Assembly: GCA_019057815.1 (NCBI GenBank)
Contig: JAHLWR010000013.1
Location: 53,873-117,872 of the forward strand
DNA length: 64,000 nt
From: Candidatus Heimdallarchaeota archaeon
GTDB lineage: Archaea > Asgardarchaeota > Heimdallarchaeia > Heimdallarchaeales > Heimdallarchaeaceae
Direction of reading: 5' to 3'
In this document: piece by piece, positions 30,082 to 39,210 of the stretch
Layout of the letters: each line of letters begins with the position of its first letter
Numbering within the stretch: the stretch's first letter is position 1
Position numbers and translations under genes: made by a program
Notes under the pieces: generated by a model
The model's input: the letters and a program-made list of their open reading frames with translations, nothing else
Database searches by the model: none
Told to the model about the DNA's origin: nothing

Positions 30082-31293
30082 ATGGAAAGGTTAAACAATT
30101 TTGATATAAAAATTTTACACGCTCTCCAGAATCATCCACTGGAACCTAGTTCTAAAATTGCAAATTTAATTGGTACTTCTACTCAGACAATAATACGTCG
30201 AATCGAAAGGTTAACAGAACAAGGGATATTGCGAAATGCAATAGCTTCAATTATACCTGAACGTTTAGGGCTAGTTGAATATGCTGTGATAGTTTATGTA
30301 TCATCAATAGATCAGATGACTCTACTTCAAATGGCTTTCACAGATCATCCTTATACAAGATATTACAGTCGATTTTACGGAGAAAAATTCGGTTTCTATG
30401 CTACTTTTGAGATTCCTCCTGAGAGCAATGGACTATTAAGAAAGTTTCTTGATTACTTAGTTGAAAATGAATTCTGTAAAAGTTACACTCTCTTCCGTTC
30501 AGAGGGACATAGACTTGCTTTCCCTGATATAGTACCCAATTATACCTTAAATCCCAAATGTTTCAACATGATGGGTTACTGGGAAAAAAGGCTACAGAAA
30601 CCAAATAGGTTTCAAAGGCTAGCTTCAACACCAGATCTTTCAGAATTCACTCCCTTACACATGTTATTACTTCGTGAGATAACCACAAACCTTAGAACAA
30701 GTCAAGCAAATATAGTAAAAAAATTTAAGAACCAAACAAAAGGTGATAAAACGTCAGACCCAATTTTCCTACCTGATAATTATTTCAGCTACATGAAAGA
30801 ATTTCTTGAGAATAAGGCGGATAACACTATACGAAGGGAGTTTAATAAAATTTACAACTATCTAAAAGAAGGTTTTATTGACCGACATAGATGGAATATC
30901 AATAGAAAATTTACTGAAACATTTGTTTACCGAGCATTCATAATTAAAGATATACCTCAAGTAGAAAAGGCTCAATTATTCAATTTTTTTCTTGAAGAAC
31001 GCCCACCTTTTAGGTTGGGATGTACAGTTCTTTCAGATGGTATTTTTCTGACAGTGTCACTTCCACCCTATTACGATGCCAAATTCAGCTATCTAGTTTG
31101 GACAACTTTCGGGGAATATAAAATGTATTCTATGGATTTCTTTAGACATCATGGGCATCACTATTGGCTATATGTGGATAATTTTGATATTGCAAGAAAC
31201 AAATGGAAAGTCGATGAAGATTGGATGTTCAATAATGTTGTAGATAGTTTGAATCAAAGATTAAAAGAAGGCAGATTCACCAGCAATTACTGA
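30082..31293 (+). CDS. Double Lrp/AsnC-like putative regulator, paralog 2
   Basis: LNNFDIKILHALQ...IANLIGTSTQTIIRRIERLTEQGIL...IIPERLGL is a typical Lrp HTH; colinear with 27854..29071; ends WKVDEDWMFNNVV. Confidence 0.8.
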   Translation: MERLNNFDIKILHALQNHPLEPSSKIANLIGTSTQTIIRRIERLTEQGILRNAIASIIPERLGLVEYAVIVYVSSIDQMTLLQMAFTDHPYTRYYSRFYGEKFGFYATFEIPPESNGLLRKFLDYLVENEFCKSYTLFRSEGHRLAFPDIVPNYTLNPKCFNMMGYWEKRLQKPNRFQRLASTPDLSEFTPLHMLLLREITTNLRTSQANIVKKFKNQTKGDKTSDPIFLPDNYFSYMKEFLENKADNTIRREFNKIYNYLKEGFIDRHRWNINRKFTETFVYRAFIIKDIPQVEKAQLFNFFLEERPPFRLGCTVLSDGIFLTVSLPPYYDAKFSYLVWTTFGEYKMYSMDFFRHHGHHYWLYVDNFDIARNKWKVDEDWMFNNVVDSLNQRLKEGRFTSNY

Positions 31294-31404
31294 TGAAAAA
31301 TATGTGTGTAAAATTCAAATAAGAAAGTAATCCTAGAACAACTACAACTACATGTGAATATAAAGTATAAGGAACATAGAAAACCAATAGATGCTGTGTC
31401 GTAC

Positions 31405-31827
31405 TTACAAGTCTGTAGCTTCTGCTTTGACTAAATTGGCATATTCTTCGGGAGATAATAGTCCTTCAACAGTACCATTACATTCAAGTTTTACAAGCCA
31501 TCCTTCACCGTATGGATCATTAAAAACTTTAATGGGATTAACTTCTAAGTCTTCATTAATTGCTACAATTTTACAATCAAAAGGAGCATATGAATCTGCT
31601 TTGATATTTAAGGTTTCAATATTCAGAATTGTATCCCCTTTACTAAATGATTCTCCCACAGTGTGAAAATCTATATGACCAATTTCTCCCAGTTCTATAG
31701 TTGCATAACTAGTGATACCATAAAGCCAATGTGACTCATTTTTCTTTATCCATTCATGTTTCTCGGTATACAATCTGTCTGTTTTTATAATGTACTTGTT
31801 TGCAACTAATATCTCCTTAGTCATCAT
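31405..31827 (-). CDS. gcvH: Glycine cleavage H-like protein, lipoyl-Lys position is Asn
   Basis: YTEKHEWI, GITSYA..LGEI, YAP..CKIVAIN..L..NP..V..DPYGEGWL. Confidence 0.88.
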   Translation of the reverse strand: MMTKEILVANKYIIKTDRLYTEKHEWIKKNESHWLYGITSYATIELGEIGHIDFHTVGESFSKGDTILNIETLNIKADSYAPFDCKIVAINEDLEVNPIKVFNDPYGEGWLVKLECNGTVEGLLSPEEYANLVKAEATDL

Positions 31828-31908
31828 ATAATTACAATTGTTAATATCTTATAATAATGACTATATTGGCAAAATTGATTTTAAAATATCTCATATAATA
31901 ACCACATT

Positions 31909-33573
31909 TCATCGATTATTGTTCAAAACCTTTCTTGTTAGTTTCTCATTATATTTCTCAAATATTTCAATAAAAACCGTTCTCTGGAATTTGTTCTCGT
32001 TGACACTTTTTACTTCATCCATTTTCATTATCTGTACATAGACTTTTATTTCCAGAGCTATTTTCTTAAATCCCTCTCTTTTGCACTTGTTCTCAACTTT
32101 TTGTAGTTTTTTTATAGCCTTTTTCTCTTTTTTTTCTTTGAAATACTCCCCTAGATATTCATAACTCTCTGCCCAATATTTCATTGCTTTTGTTACATGT
32201 TTTGAGTCTTTGATACTCTCCTGTATTTTTCTTACTGTTTCAGTGAACTTTTCATTTTCACCCGTTGTTAACAATGCTTTTGCAAGTAACAGCAGTGAGA
32301 GTGTTTTATTGATCCACTCACCACCCTTTTCTTTCTCTTCCTCCACTCTTTTTTCCTCTGTTATCACTCTATTTGTTTCTTGAACAACCTGATACTCTAA
32401 CTCTTCCACCATTGGTCTGAACATGATAATATTAGGTATGGCTCCTCTGAACCCTTGCAAGAACTTTTCTGTTAGTTCTTTGACATTTTTGTTCTTATGA
32501 ACGTAAATGTATAACATATTCATTTGCATGACATTTACTAAATAATCGTAATATCTCGTTTTGATGTTTCTCTTGAATTCTTCAGAAAGTAGAAGTTTTT
32601 CGTATTCTTGTAGATATTCTAAAGCTCTTTCAAATTCTCCCATGAAGGTGTAAATCATCGTTAGATATGAAAGAGTATTTCCTATCATATACAAATATCG
32701 TGTATCTTGTTTTTTCTCTTTCCACAAAACTTCTAATACTTTCTTGAAGTATATTGCAGCTCTATAATACTCGTTAAGGAAAACCGCTCCCTTACCTAAT
32801 GTATGTAAGATCCATACTTCCTTACATTTTTCGACCTTCTCGATCAATTCTCTGTCATTTTCGATTATTTGTATAAGTTCGCGCATCTTATCATTATATT
32901 TGGGTTCGTTGAAACTTTTACCTAAATAGACACTGAGCAACCTTCCTATACTTTTTACTGTTGCAAAATAGTATCCTGCCTTTCTGAAATAATCTATACA
33001 TCCACAGACGTATTTTTCTGATTTTTCAAGATTGTCTATGAAATAATCTGCTGCTATCAGGATGTATAAAGTCTTGTAATAGAAATAACCCTTTTCATGT
33101 GAAGAAAGCGATTCAATTATCTTTTGAGCTTCATTCAAATAGTGTCTAGAACCTTTATCGTCGTCTATCAACCTCATTAAACAGGATTTAGAACCAAAAG
33201 TAGAAGCCAAGAAAACCTTACTGTTTAGTTTGTTAGCTAGAACAACCATCTTATCCAATAATTCTGAAGATTTTTGTACATTTTTAGGATTTAACCAAAT
33301 AAGGTCGAATTTAAGATCATAAAGATAGAAGAGAGAGAAACTATCTTCTATTGCTAGACTTTTTTCAAGAACTCTGTCGATAAGAGGGATAAAGGCTTTG
33401 TCTTTAGTATTGGAAACTTTTCTATGCAGAGATTGGATCAAGGTTCTTAATTTTCTGACATCTATCACTTTTTCGAGTTCTTGGTAGAAATAGTCCAGTG
33501 AGAAATCAACCAAAACTTCTTTTTCTTTCAGATCTAAATCTTCTTTCCCAATAACTCGCTGCATACTTTTCAC
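31909..33573 (-). CDS. TPR-like alpha-helical repeat protein
   Basis: Repeated helical motifs, e.g. LGKGAVFLNEYYRAAIYFKKVLE and IYTFMGEFERALEYLQE. Confidence 0.7.
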   Translation of the reverse strand: MKSMQRVIGKEDLDLKEKEVLVDFSLDYFYQELEKVIDVRKLRTLIQSLHRKVSNTKDKAFIPLIDRVLEKSLAIEDSFSLFYLYDLKFDLIWLNPKNVQKSSELLDKMVVLANKLNSKVFLASTFGSKSCLMRLIDDDKGSRHYLNEAQKIIESLSSHEKGYFYYKTLYILIAADYFIDNLEKSEKYVCGCIDYFRKAGYYFATVKSIGRLLSVYLGKSFNEPKYNDKMRELIQIIENDRELIEKVEKCKEVWILHTLGKGAVFLNEYYRAAIYFKKVLEVLWKEKKQDTRYLYMIGNTLSYLTMIYTFMGEFERALEYLQEYEKLLLSEEFKRNIKTRYYDYLVNVMQMNMLYIYVHKNKNVKELTEKFLQGFRGAIPNIIMFRPMVEELEYQVVQETNRVITEEKRVEEEKEKGGEWINKTLSLLLLAKALLTTGENEKFTETVRKIQESIKDSKHVTKAMKYWAESYEYLGEYFKEKKEKKAIKKLQKVENKCKREGFKKIALEIKVYVQIMKMDEVKSVNENKFQRTVFIEIFEKYNEKLTRKVLNNNR

Positions 33574-33680
33574 TGATACTATTCTTTTAATTATTGGGTT
33601 AAGAGTAAAAGATAGGTAGATAACTTTAGGTTTAGTTCACTTATATATCTATTGTCTCATATATAAAGAAGGAAAAAAAG

Positions 33681-36600
33681 CTATTTCTTTCTTCGTTGTA
33701 GCACCACTAAACCAAAGACCAAGAATAGAAAAGTTATCGCAGGAAGGAGAAGAGAGAACATTTGAAACTCTGGTATAATCTCAACAACAGTAAATGAGTA
33801 ATATAAACCAGAGTTATCATTGATGGCTAAATTGTGGTTAACAGAATTATCTACAGCTGTAATATAATATTCAATAGTGTCACCAACTGCAAAAGAACCT
33901 ATAGTTACGCTGTAAAGATCACCACTTATAAGAGTCATACTAACTTCTGTCCAAGTTCCACCATTAATCCTGTAGTGGAGTGTAACAGATTGTACACCAT
34001 AAGGGCTAGTAACTGTAGCATTAATACTTATATTATCGAGTTCTGTTGGAGTAGAGGGAGAATGAATAATGTTTGTAATAGCAGGACGAACAACATATAC
34101 AGCAGGTTCTCCAAGAGGATATAAATCAACTGAGTTAGCTTCTCCATCAATAGCATAAGAACCTGTTCCTGACCAGTCTGACCAGTAATTGCCCTCTTGT
34201 GTTTCAGAGTCATACCAAGTATTGTTAGTTCCATCATCAAAAACTTGTGAAGTTCCTCCCAAATTATTGTCTTCAAAGATATTATGGTGAATAAGATTAT
34301 TATCAGAATCGTATCTTAAGTATATTCCATATCCTCCGTTTTCTTGTAGGAGATTGTAAGTAACGACACAAAAATTAGAATAGTAAAACTCAATGCCATA
34401 GTTGTTATTATTGCTGCACGTGTTGTTTGCAACAGTCGCACTCCCAGAATATCGAAGATAAATGCCGTAGTAGTCGTTGTTATTACACGTGTTGTTAATA
34501 ATAACTGAATATGTACAGGAGTAGAGAAATAGACCAGTTGTAGCGTTATATAATATTTGATCACGTACTGTCACATTAGTACAATTAATTAATATTAACT
34601 GCCCATAGACAGGCTCTGCAATTATCGTAGAGTTAAGGTTAGTGTAATAACCTAGTTTTTTCCCATTCACCCAATTATTCTCGACAGTATATGAGAGATA
34701 AGCATCAACTGTACTTTCGCTTATATATAAACCACAACTAGTAAAAGTATTGTTAGCAACAATAGAAGAATCAGAATGGTAACGAAGATAGATACCGTAG
34801 CTGTTGTTGCTACACTTGTTTTTTGTAATAGTAGAGGAAGCAGAAGTATCAAGGTAGATGCCGTAGCTGTTGTTGCTACACTTGTTTTTTGTAACAATAG
34901 AAGAAGCAGAATAGTAAACCCTGATGCCATGGTTGTTGTTGTTGCTACACATGCTGTTTGTAATAATAGAAGTAGAAAGGTAAAGATAGATACCGTCGTT
35001 GTTGTAGCTACAAGTATTGTTTGTAATAATAGAAGTAGAAAGGTAAAGATAGATGCCGGAGTAGTAGTTATTGCTGCACGTGTTGTTGGTAATAGTAGAA
35101 TGATCAGAAGTATCAAGATAGATACCGTTGTTGTTGTAGCTACAAGTGTTGTTGGTAACAGTAGAATAAAAAGAAGTATCAAGAAGGATGCCTTTGTTGT
35201 TGTTGTTGCACATGTTGTTAGCAATAGTAGAACTGCTAGAAGAGTGAAAATAGATGCCCTCCCTGTTGTTGTTGCTACACGTATTTTTGGTAACAGTAGA
35301 ATAACTAGATGACTCTAACCTGATACCATAGTCGTTATTGCTACACGTGTTGTTTGCAACAGTAGAAGAGGTAGAATGGTAATAAATATGGATGCCATAA
35401 TTGTTATTGTTGTTGCATGTGTTGTTGATAATAGTCGAACTACCAGAATCCCAAAACCTGATACCATAGTCGTTGTTGCTACAAGTGTTGTTTGTAACAG
35501 TAGAACTACCAGAAGAGCTAAGAATGATGCCGGAGTAGTAGTTATTGCTGCACGTGTTGTTTGCAACAGTAGAACTACCAGAATAGGAAATCGAGATGCC
35601 ATAGTGGTTGTAGCTACAAGTGTTGTTGGTAGCAGTAGAACTACCAGAGTAGGAAAGCCCGATACCTCCATAGTTGTTGCTTTCACAAGTGTTATAGGCA
35701 ACAGTAGAACTATCGGAATAGGAAAGATCGATACCATAGTGGTTGTAGCTACAAGTGTTGTTGGCAACAGTGGAACTATCAGAAGTATCAAGATAGATAC
35801 CATAGTGGTTGTAGCTACAAGTGTTATTGGTTATAGTAGAAGAAGCAGAACCATCAAGATAGATACCACAGTGGTTGTAGCTACAAGTGTTGTTAATAAT
35901 AACTGAATGTGTACAGAATTGGAGAACTAAAGCAAGTGAAGTGTTGTTTATTATTTGGTCGCGTACTGTCACATTAGTACAATTAACTAATATCAGTTGA
36001 CCATAGATAGGTTCAGCAATAGTAGTGGAGTCAAGGTTAGTGAAATAACCTAGTTTTTTCCCATTCACCCAATTATTCTCGACAGTATACGAGAGATAAG
36101 CATCAACTGTACTTTCGCTTATATATAAACCACAATTAGTAAAAGTGTTATTAGCAACAATAGAAGAATCAGAATGGTAACGAAGATAGATACCGTAGCT
36201 GTTGTTGCTACACTTGTTTTTTGTAATAGTAGAAGAAGCAGAAGTATCAAGATAGATGCCGTAGTTGATGTTATTACTGCAATTATTATTAGTAACAGTA
36301 GAATTACCAGAATATCGAAGAGAGATGCCACCGCTATTGTTGTTGCACGAGTTGTTAGTAACAGTAGAAAAAGCAGAATAGTAAACCCTGATGCCATAGT
36401 GGTTATTGCTGCTGCACGTGTTGTTAATTACAATTGCTGTTCCATCAGCTGCATTATTGATATAAATACCATAGTCTTCTGCGTCAATATAGCAGTTACG
36501 AACAGTAAAATATTTCGTTGTACCAGCAATATAAATACCCTTACCATTTGTTGTTGTAATATTATATCCTTCAATAACATAAGGATCTTCAGCTGTTCCT

Positions 36601-36776
36601 GTTCCTAGAAAAACCTCAAAATCGCTATCACTTGTTATTTCAATAGGATCATGAGGTGTCAACTCTAAAGAAGTAGGTCTATAATTGTTGTCTTCAGCAG
36701 TTAGTTGTACATTAATATTCGATGCGTAGATTGCCAATGTCAGTATTAGTAGAATTAATATTGTTTTCTTTTTCAT
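33681..36776 (-). CDS. Secreted right-handed beta-helix (NosD/pectin-lyase-like) protein with C-terminal Ig-like domain and PEF-CTERM sorting signal
   Basis: Many ~22-23-aa GI.L..S.SSTV.NNTCS.N repeats; MKKKTILILL signal from ATG 36776; ends IPEF-TM-RRKK. Confidence 0.92.
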   Translation of the reverse strand: MKKKTILILLILTLAIYASNINVQLTAEDNNYRPTSLELTPHDPIEITSDSDFEVFLGTGTAEDPYVIEGYNITTTNGKGIYIAGTTKYFTVRNCYIDAEDYGIYINNAADGTAIVINNTCSSNNHYGIRVYYSAFSTVTNNSCNNNSGGISLRYSGNSTVTNNNCSNNINYGIYLDTSASSTITKNKCSNNSYGIYLRYHSDSSIVANNTFTNCGLYISESTVDAYLSYTVENNWVNGKKLGYFTNLDSTTIAEPIYGQLILVNCTNVTVRDQIINNTSLALVLQFCTHSVIINNTCSYNHCGIYLDGSASSTITNNTCSYNHYGIYLDTSDSSTVANNTCSYNHYGIDLSYSDSSTVAYNTCESNNYGGIGLSYSGSSTATNNTCSYNHYGISISYSGSSTVANNTCSNNYYSGIILSSSGSSTVTNNTCSNNDYGIRFWDSGSSTIINNTCNNNNNYGIHIYYHSTSSTVANNTCSNNDYGIRLESSSYSTVTKNTCSNNNREGIYFHSSSSSTIANNMCNNNNKGILLDTSFYSTVTNNTCSYNNNGIYLDTSDHSTITNNTCSNNYYSGIYLYLSTSIITNNTCSYNNDGIYLYLSTSIITNSMCSNNNNHGIRVYYSASSIVTKNKCSNNSYGIYLDTSASSTITKNKCSNNSYGIYLRYHSDSSIVANNTFTSCGLYISESTVDAYLSYTVENNWVNGKKLGYYTNLNSTIIAEPVYGQLILINCTNVTVRDQILYNATTGLFLYSCTYSVIINNTCNNNDYYGIYLRYSGSATVANNTCSNNNNYGIEFYYSNFCVVTYNLLQENGGYGIYLRYDSDNNLIHHNIFEDNNLGGTSQVFDDGTNNTWYDSETQEGNYWSDWSGTGSYAIDGEANSVDLYPLGEPAVYVVRPAITNIIHSPSTPTELDNISINATVTSPYGVQSVTLHYRINGGTWTEVSMTLISGDLYSVTIGSFAVGDTIEYYITAVDNSVNHNLAINDNSGLYYSFTVVEIIPEFQMFSLLLPAITFLFLVFGLVVLQRRKK
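34370..36430. repeat. Intragenic ~66-69-bp degenerate tandem repeats plus a block duplication with 1398-bp offset
   Basis: Recurring GTTGTAGCTACAAGTGTTG-like units; 34651-34865 nearly identical to 36049-36263. Confidence 0.9.
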
Positions 36777-36967
36777 TAAATCACACTTAAATAAACTCTT
36801 TATCGAATATATATTTTGTGTAACCAATTCTTCCAATAATATTCCTTACTAGATTATTTTTCGAGTTTATATACCAATTTGAGAATAATGAGGTAAACCC
36901 ATCCGTTCTGATATCTTCCTATCTTCAAAAAATCTAAACAAGAATAACTCAAGGGTTAGAATCTCTT

Positions 36968-37381
36968 ATGATGGAAGATCTCTTAGAACGTCAATCTTCA
37001 GTAACTTTTAGTATTCTAGAAAAGGTTCTTTTCGTTCTTTTCACTATTCTTTCTGTTATTGCTTCTGTTCTTTCCTTTACTGATTCTTCTAATAATTCTT
37101 CTTATTCCCTTGTTTTTAAGTTCTTCATCGTTTTCTTAACTCTCTTAATCTTTCTCTATTCTTTCATCATCACTGTCACTATCCCTGCAATTACCAAGAA
37201 CATTCTTCCAATAATAGCTGTCTTTCTTTACTGTAATATTCATTCTTTTAGGTTTTTTTCTATTTATAGATTGGTATCTTTCCGATACAAGAATTTCCAA
37301 GAGATTGATCTATTTGAGGATATTAGATTTGAAGAGAATAAGGATAAAGAGGATTTAACAATTTCAGGAGGTTTTAACTAA
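36968..37381 (+). CDS. Small multi-pass membrane protein
   Basis: Two to three hydrophobic helices. Confidence 0.65.
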   Translation: MMEDLLERQSSVTFSILEKVLFVLFTILSVIASVLSFTDSSNNSSYSLVFKFFIVFLTLLIFLYSFIITVTIPAITKNILPIIAVFLYCNIHSFRFFSIYRLVSFRYKNFQEIDLFEDIRFEENKDKEDLTISGGFN

Positions 37382-37383
37382 CT

Positions 37384-37650
37384 ATGTTGTGGGAATTAAT
37401 TTTCGAGATAGAACACAAAGTCAAAGGAGTAACTGTCGGTTTAGCCAATTATAAAATCTCTACCAGAAACGATTTGGAATACTTTTTAGCCCATTGTGTT
37501 AATGTTTCTAACAATTCTGGCGATTTATGGTTTTACAGAGCTTTTCTTCTTGATCAAGAAGGTAAAAAGGTTCTCTTGACTAACCTTAATGACATTATCA
37601 TTAACAAGGACAAATGTTTTAATTCTGATATTCTTTCAACTAGTGTCTAA
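37384..37650 (+). CDS. Hypothetical protein, paralog of 62736..63053
   Basis: GGAGG RBS; shared motif pattern with 62736..63053. Confidence 0.75.
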   Translation: MLWELIFEIEHKVKGVTVGLANYKISTRNDLEYFLAHCVNVSNNSGDLWFYRAFLLDQEGKKVLLTNLNDIIINKDKCFNSDILSTSV

Positions 37651-37659
37651 AGTGATTAT

Positions 37660-38235
37660 ATGAAAAAACTCTTCCTTTCATTCGTTGTTCTAGTTTTTCT
37701 TTTCTCTTTATTACACCCTGTAATTGCTGATGAACACTTAGAAGAATTTGGTTGGTCTACAGGAACTATTGTTAAGTTAAAATCTGAACTTACTGATTCT
37801 GTTCTCCAAACTGGTTCTCATGCTATTACCTTTCATCTAACTGTTCTCCATCTTGCTACTGATGCTGTTTTCTTACTTGATAGCCGAGTTTTCATCTTAA
37901 TTAATGGTGAAGAGACTATGCGAAACGATTTTGCTGTTTTTAAACAATCTGATGTAGGAACCACCACAGGACAAGATTCTTTTACTCACACGTTTCAGTA
38001 TAATGTCAGTTGGGGTGAAACACCTATTGAAATAAAATTCTATTGTAAAGAATTCTATTCGATGGATCTTTCTATTCCTCATGAAACTAATTGGAATACT
38101 TTTTTCACTATTACTCCTTTTATTATTACTACAGAATCCACGACTAGTACTTCACTTGAAGTAAACGGTTCAGGTTTATCTCTTATCTCTCTCACTATAA
38201 TTACTCTAGTTGTCATGAGAACTAGAAGGAGATAA
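37660..38235 (+). CDS. Secreted protein with Thr/Ser linker, C-terminal TM helix and basic tail
   Basis: MKKLFL signal peptide; TTESTTSTS; TM followed by RTRRR. Confidence 0.8.
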   Translation: MKKLFLSFVVLVFLFSLLHPVIADEHLEEFGWSTGTIVKLKSELTDSVLQTGSHAITFHLTVLHLATDAVFLLDSRVFILINGEETMRNDFAVFKQSDVGTTTGQDSFTHTFQYNVSWGETPIEIKFYCKEFYSMDLSIPHETNWNTFFTITPFIITTESTTSTSLEVNGSGLSLISLTIITLVVMRTRRR

Positions 38236-38421
38236 TATCTCTCTTTTCCTATATTTTTTCTTCTTTCTTTTAAATGAAATTGAATATTATCTTATTGAAG
38301 CGAGTTTCTTCAGTGCACTTATATTCTTCCTTTTTTCTCGCTTCAACCCCCTTTATTTCTATCTCTTTATTACATATCTCACCCTCTTTTCTCCCTTTTT
38401 CTTACATTTCTTCCCTTTTGG

Positions 38422-38568
38422 TTAAATGAACGCTTCCAGTGACGCTTGACTATATTTGTAATTTCCCATTCTTTGCGCTACATCATATGTATCTGACCAT
38501 ACTAACTCTTGTTCTTCTTGTTCTTCTTCTGTTTTCATCATAATCTTACAGTCTTTACATTTCCACAT
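38422..38568 (-). CDS. Small CxxC protein (48 aa), possibly truncated by a premature TAA
   Basis: Manual translation MWKCKDCKIMMKTEEEQ... after a GAGGGAG RBS; the frame stays open for ~44 codons past the stop. Confidence 0.4.
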   Translation of the reverse strand: MWKCKDCKIMMKTEEEQEEQELVWSDTYDVAQRMGNYKYSQASLEAFI

Positions 38569-38751
38569 TTCTCCCTCTATTTATCGAGAATGAGATTAGA
38601 GCACCAAATGTAACTTGAAAAGCTAGAAGTTGAATTAGCTATTATCCTCGATATTGGTTTCCTTGTTGGTTTAGCAATTGATTGGAAAACAGGAGAGAAT
38701 ACTAGTTATTCCTTCATATTACAACATTGGTTACTAGAACATTCTATTCAA

Positions 38752-39210
38752 TTATTCATTTGTAACATTGATTAAAATATCATAGTATTTTATCAGAAAC
38801 ATATGGAGTTCATTTACTTCTCTTATATTTTCTTTAATAATCTCAAAACCACCAGCCACATATCTATTCATTAATCTATGGCCTTCAGAACTTAATTCTG
38901 TTGATGAGTTATGATCTAATATTGAAAGCATAAGATTCTCAATATCCTTAACTTTTGAGATTCCTCTCCTATCAATTTCAGAAGCTATTAAACTAGCCAT
39001 AATTTCGTATCTTTGATCTTTATAAGCTTGAGGAAATGTTTTTGTAATTTCAGAATCAGCACTTGCTTCATCTCCAATTTTTACTTCTGAAAATCCAATC
39101 ATTAAGCATATATAATATTCATCCCAGAGGATATCTAACTTGTCATCACTTCCTTTACCAAAGATGTTTTTAAAATAACTCTTAGCTTGATTACTTAGCC
39201 TAAACGTCAT
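38752..39210 (-). CDS. pbeD: Phosphorothioation-associated PbeD-like protein
   Basis: Last gene of the helicase / small protein / CxC ATPase operon; ATGA overlap with the ATPase stop. Confidence 0.7.
   Translation of the reverse strand: MTFRLSNQAKSYFKNIFGKGSDDKLDILWDEYYICLMIGFSEVKIGDEASADSEITKTFPQAYKDQRYEIMASLIASEIDRRGISKVKDIENLMLSILDHNSSTELSSEGHRLMNRYVAGGFEIIKENIREVNELHMFLIKYYDILINVTNE

Noticed and set aside
33834-36608. Thr/Leu/Val-rich alternative-frame ORFs
   Set aside because: By-products of the Asn/Ser repeat codons of the beta-helix gene.
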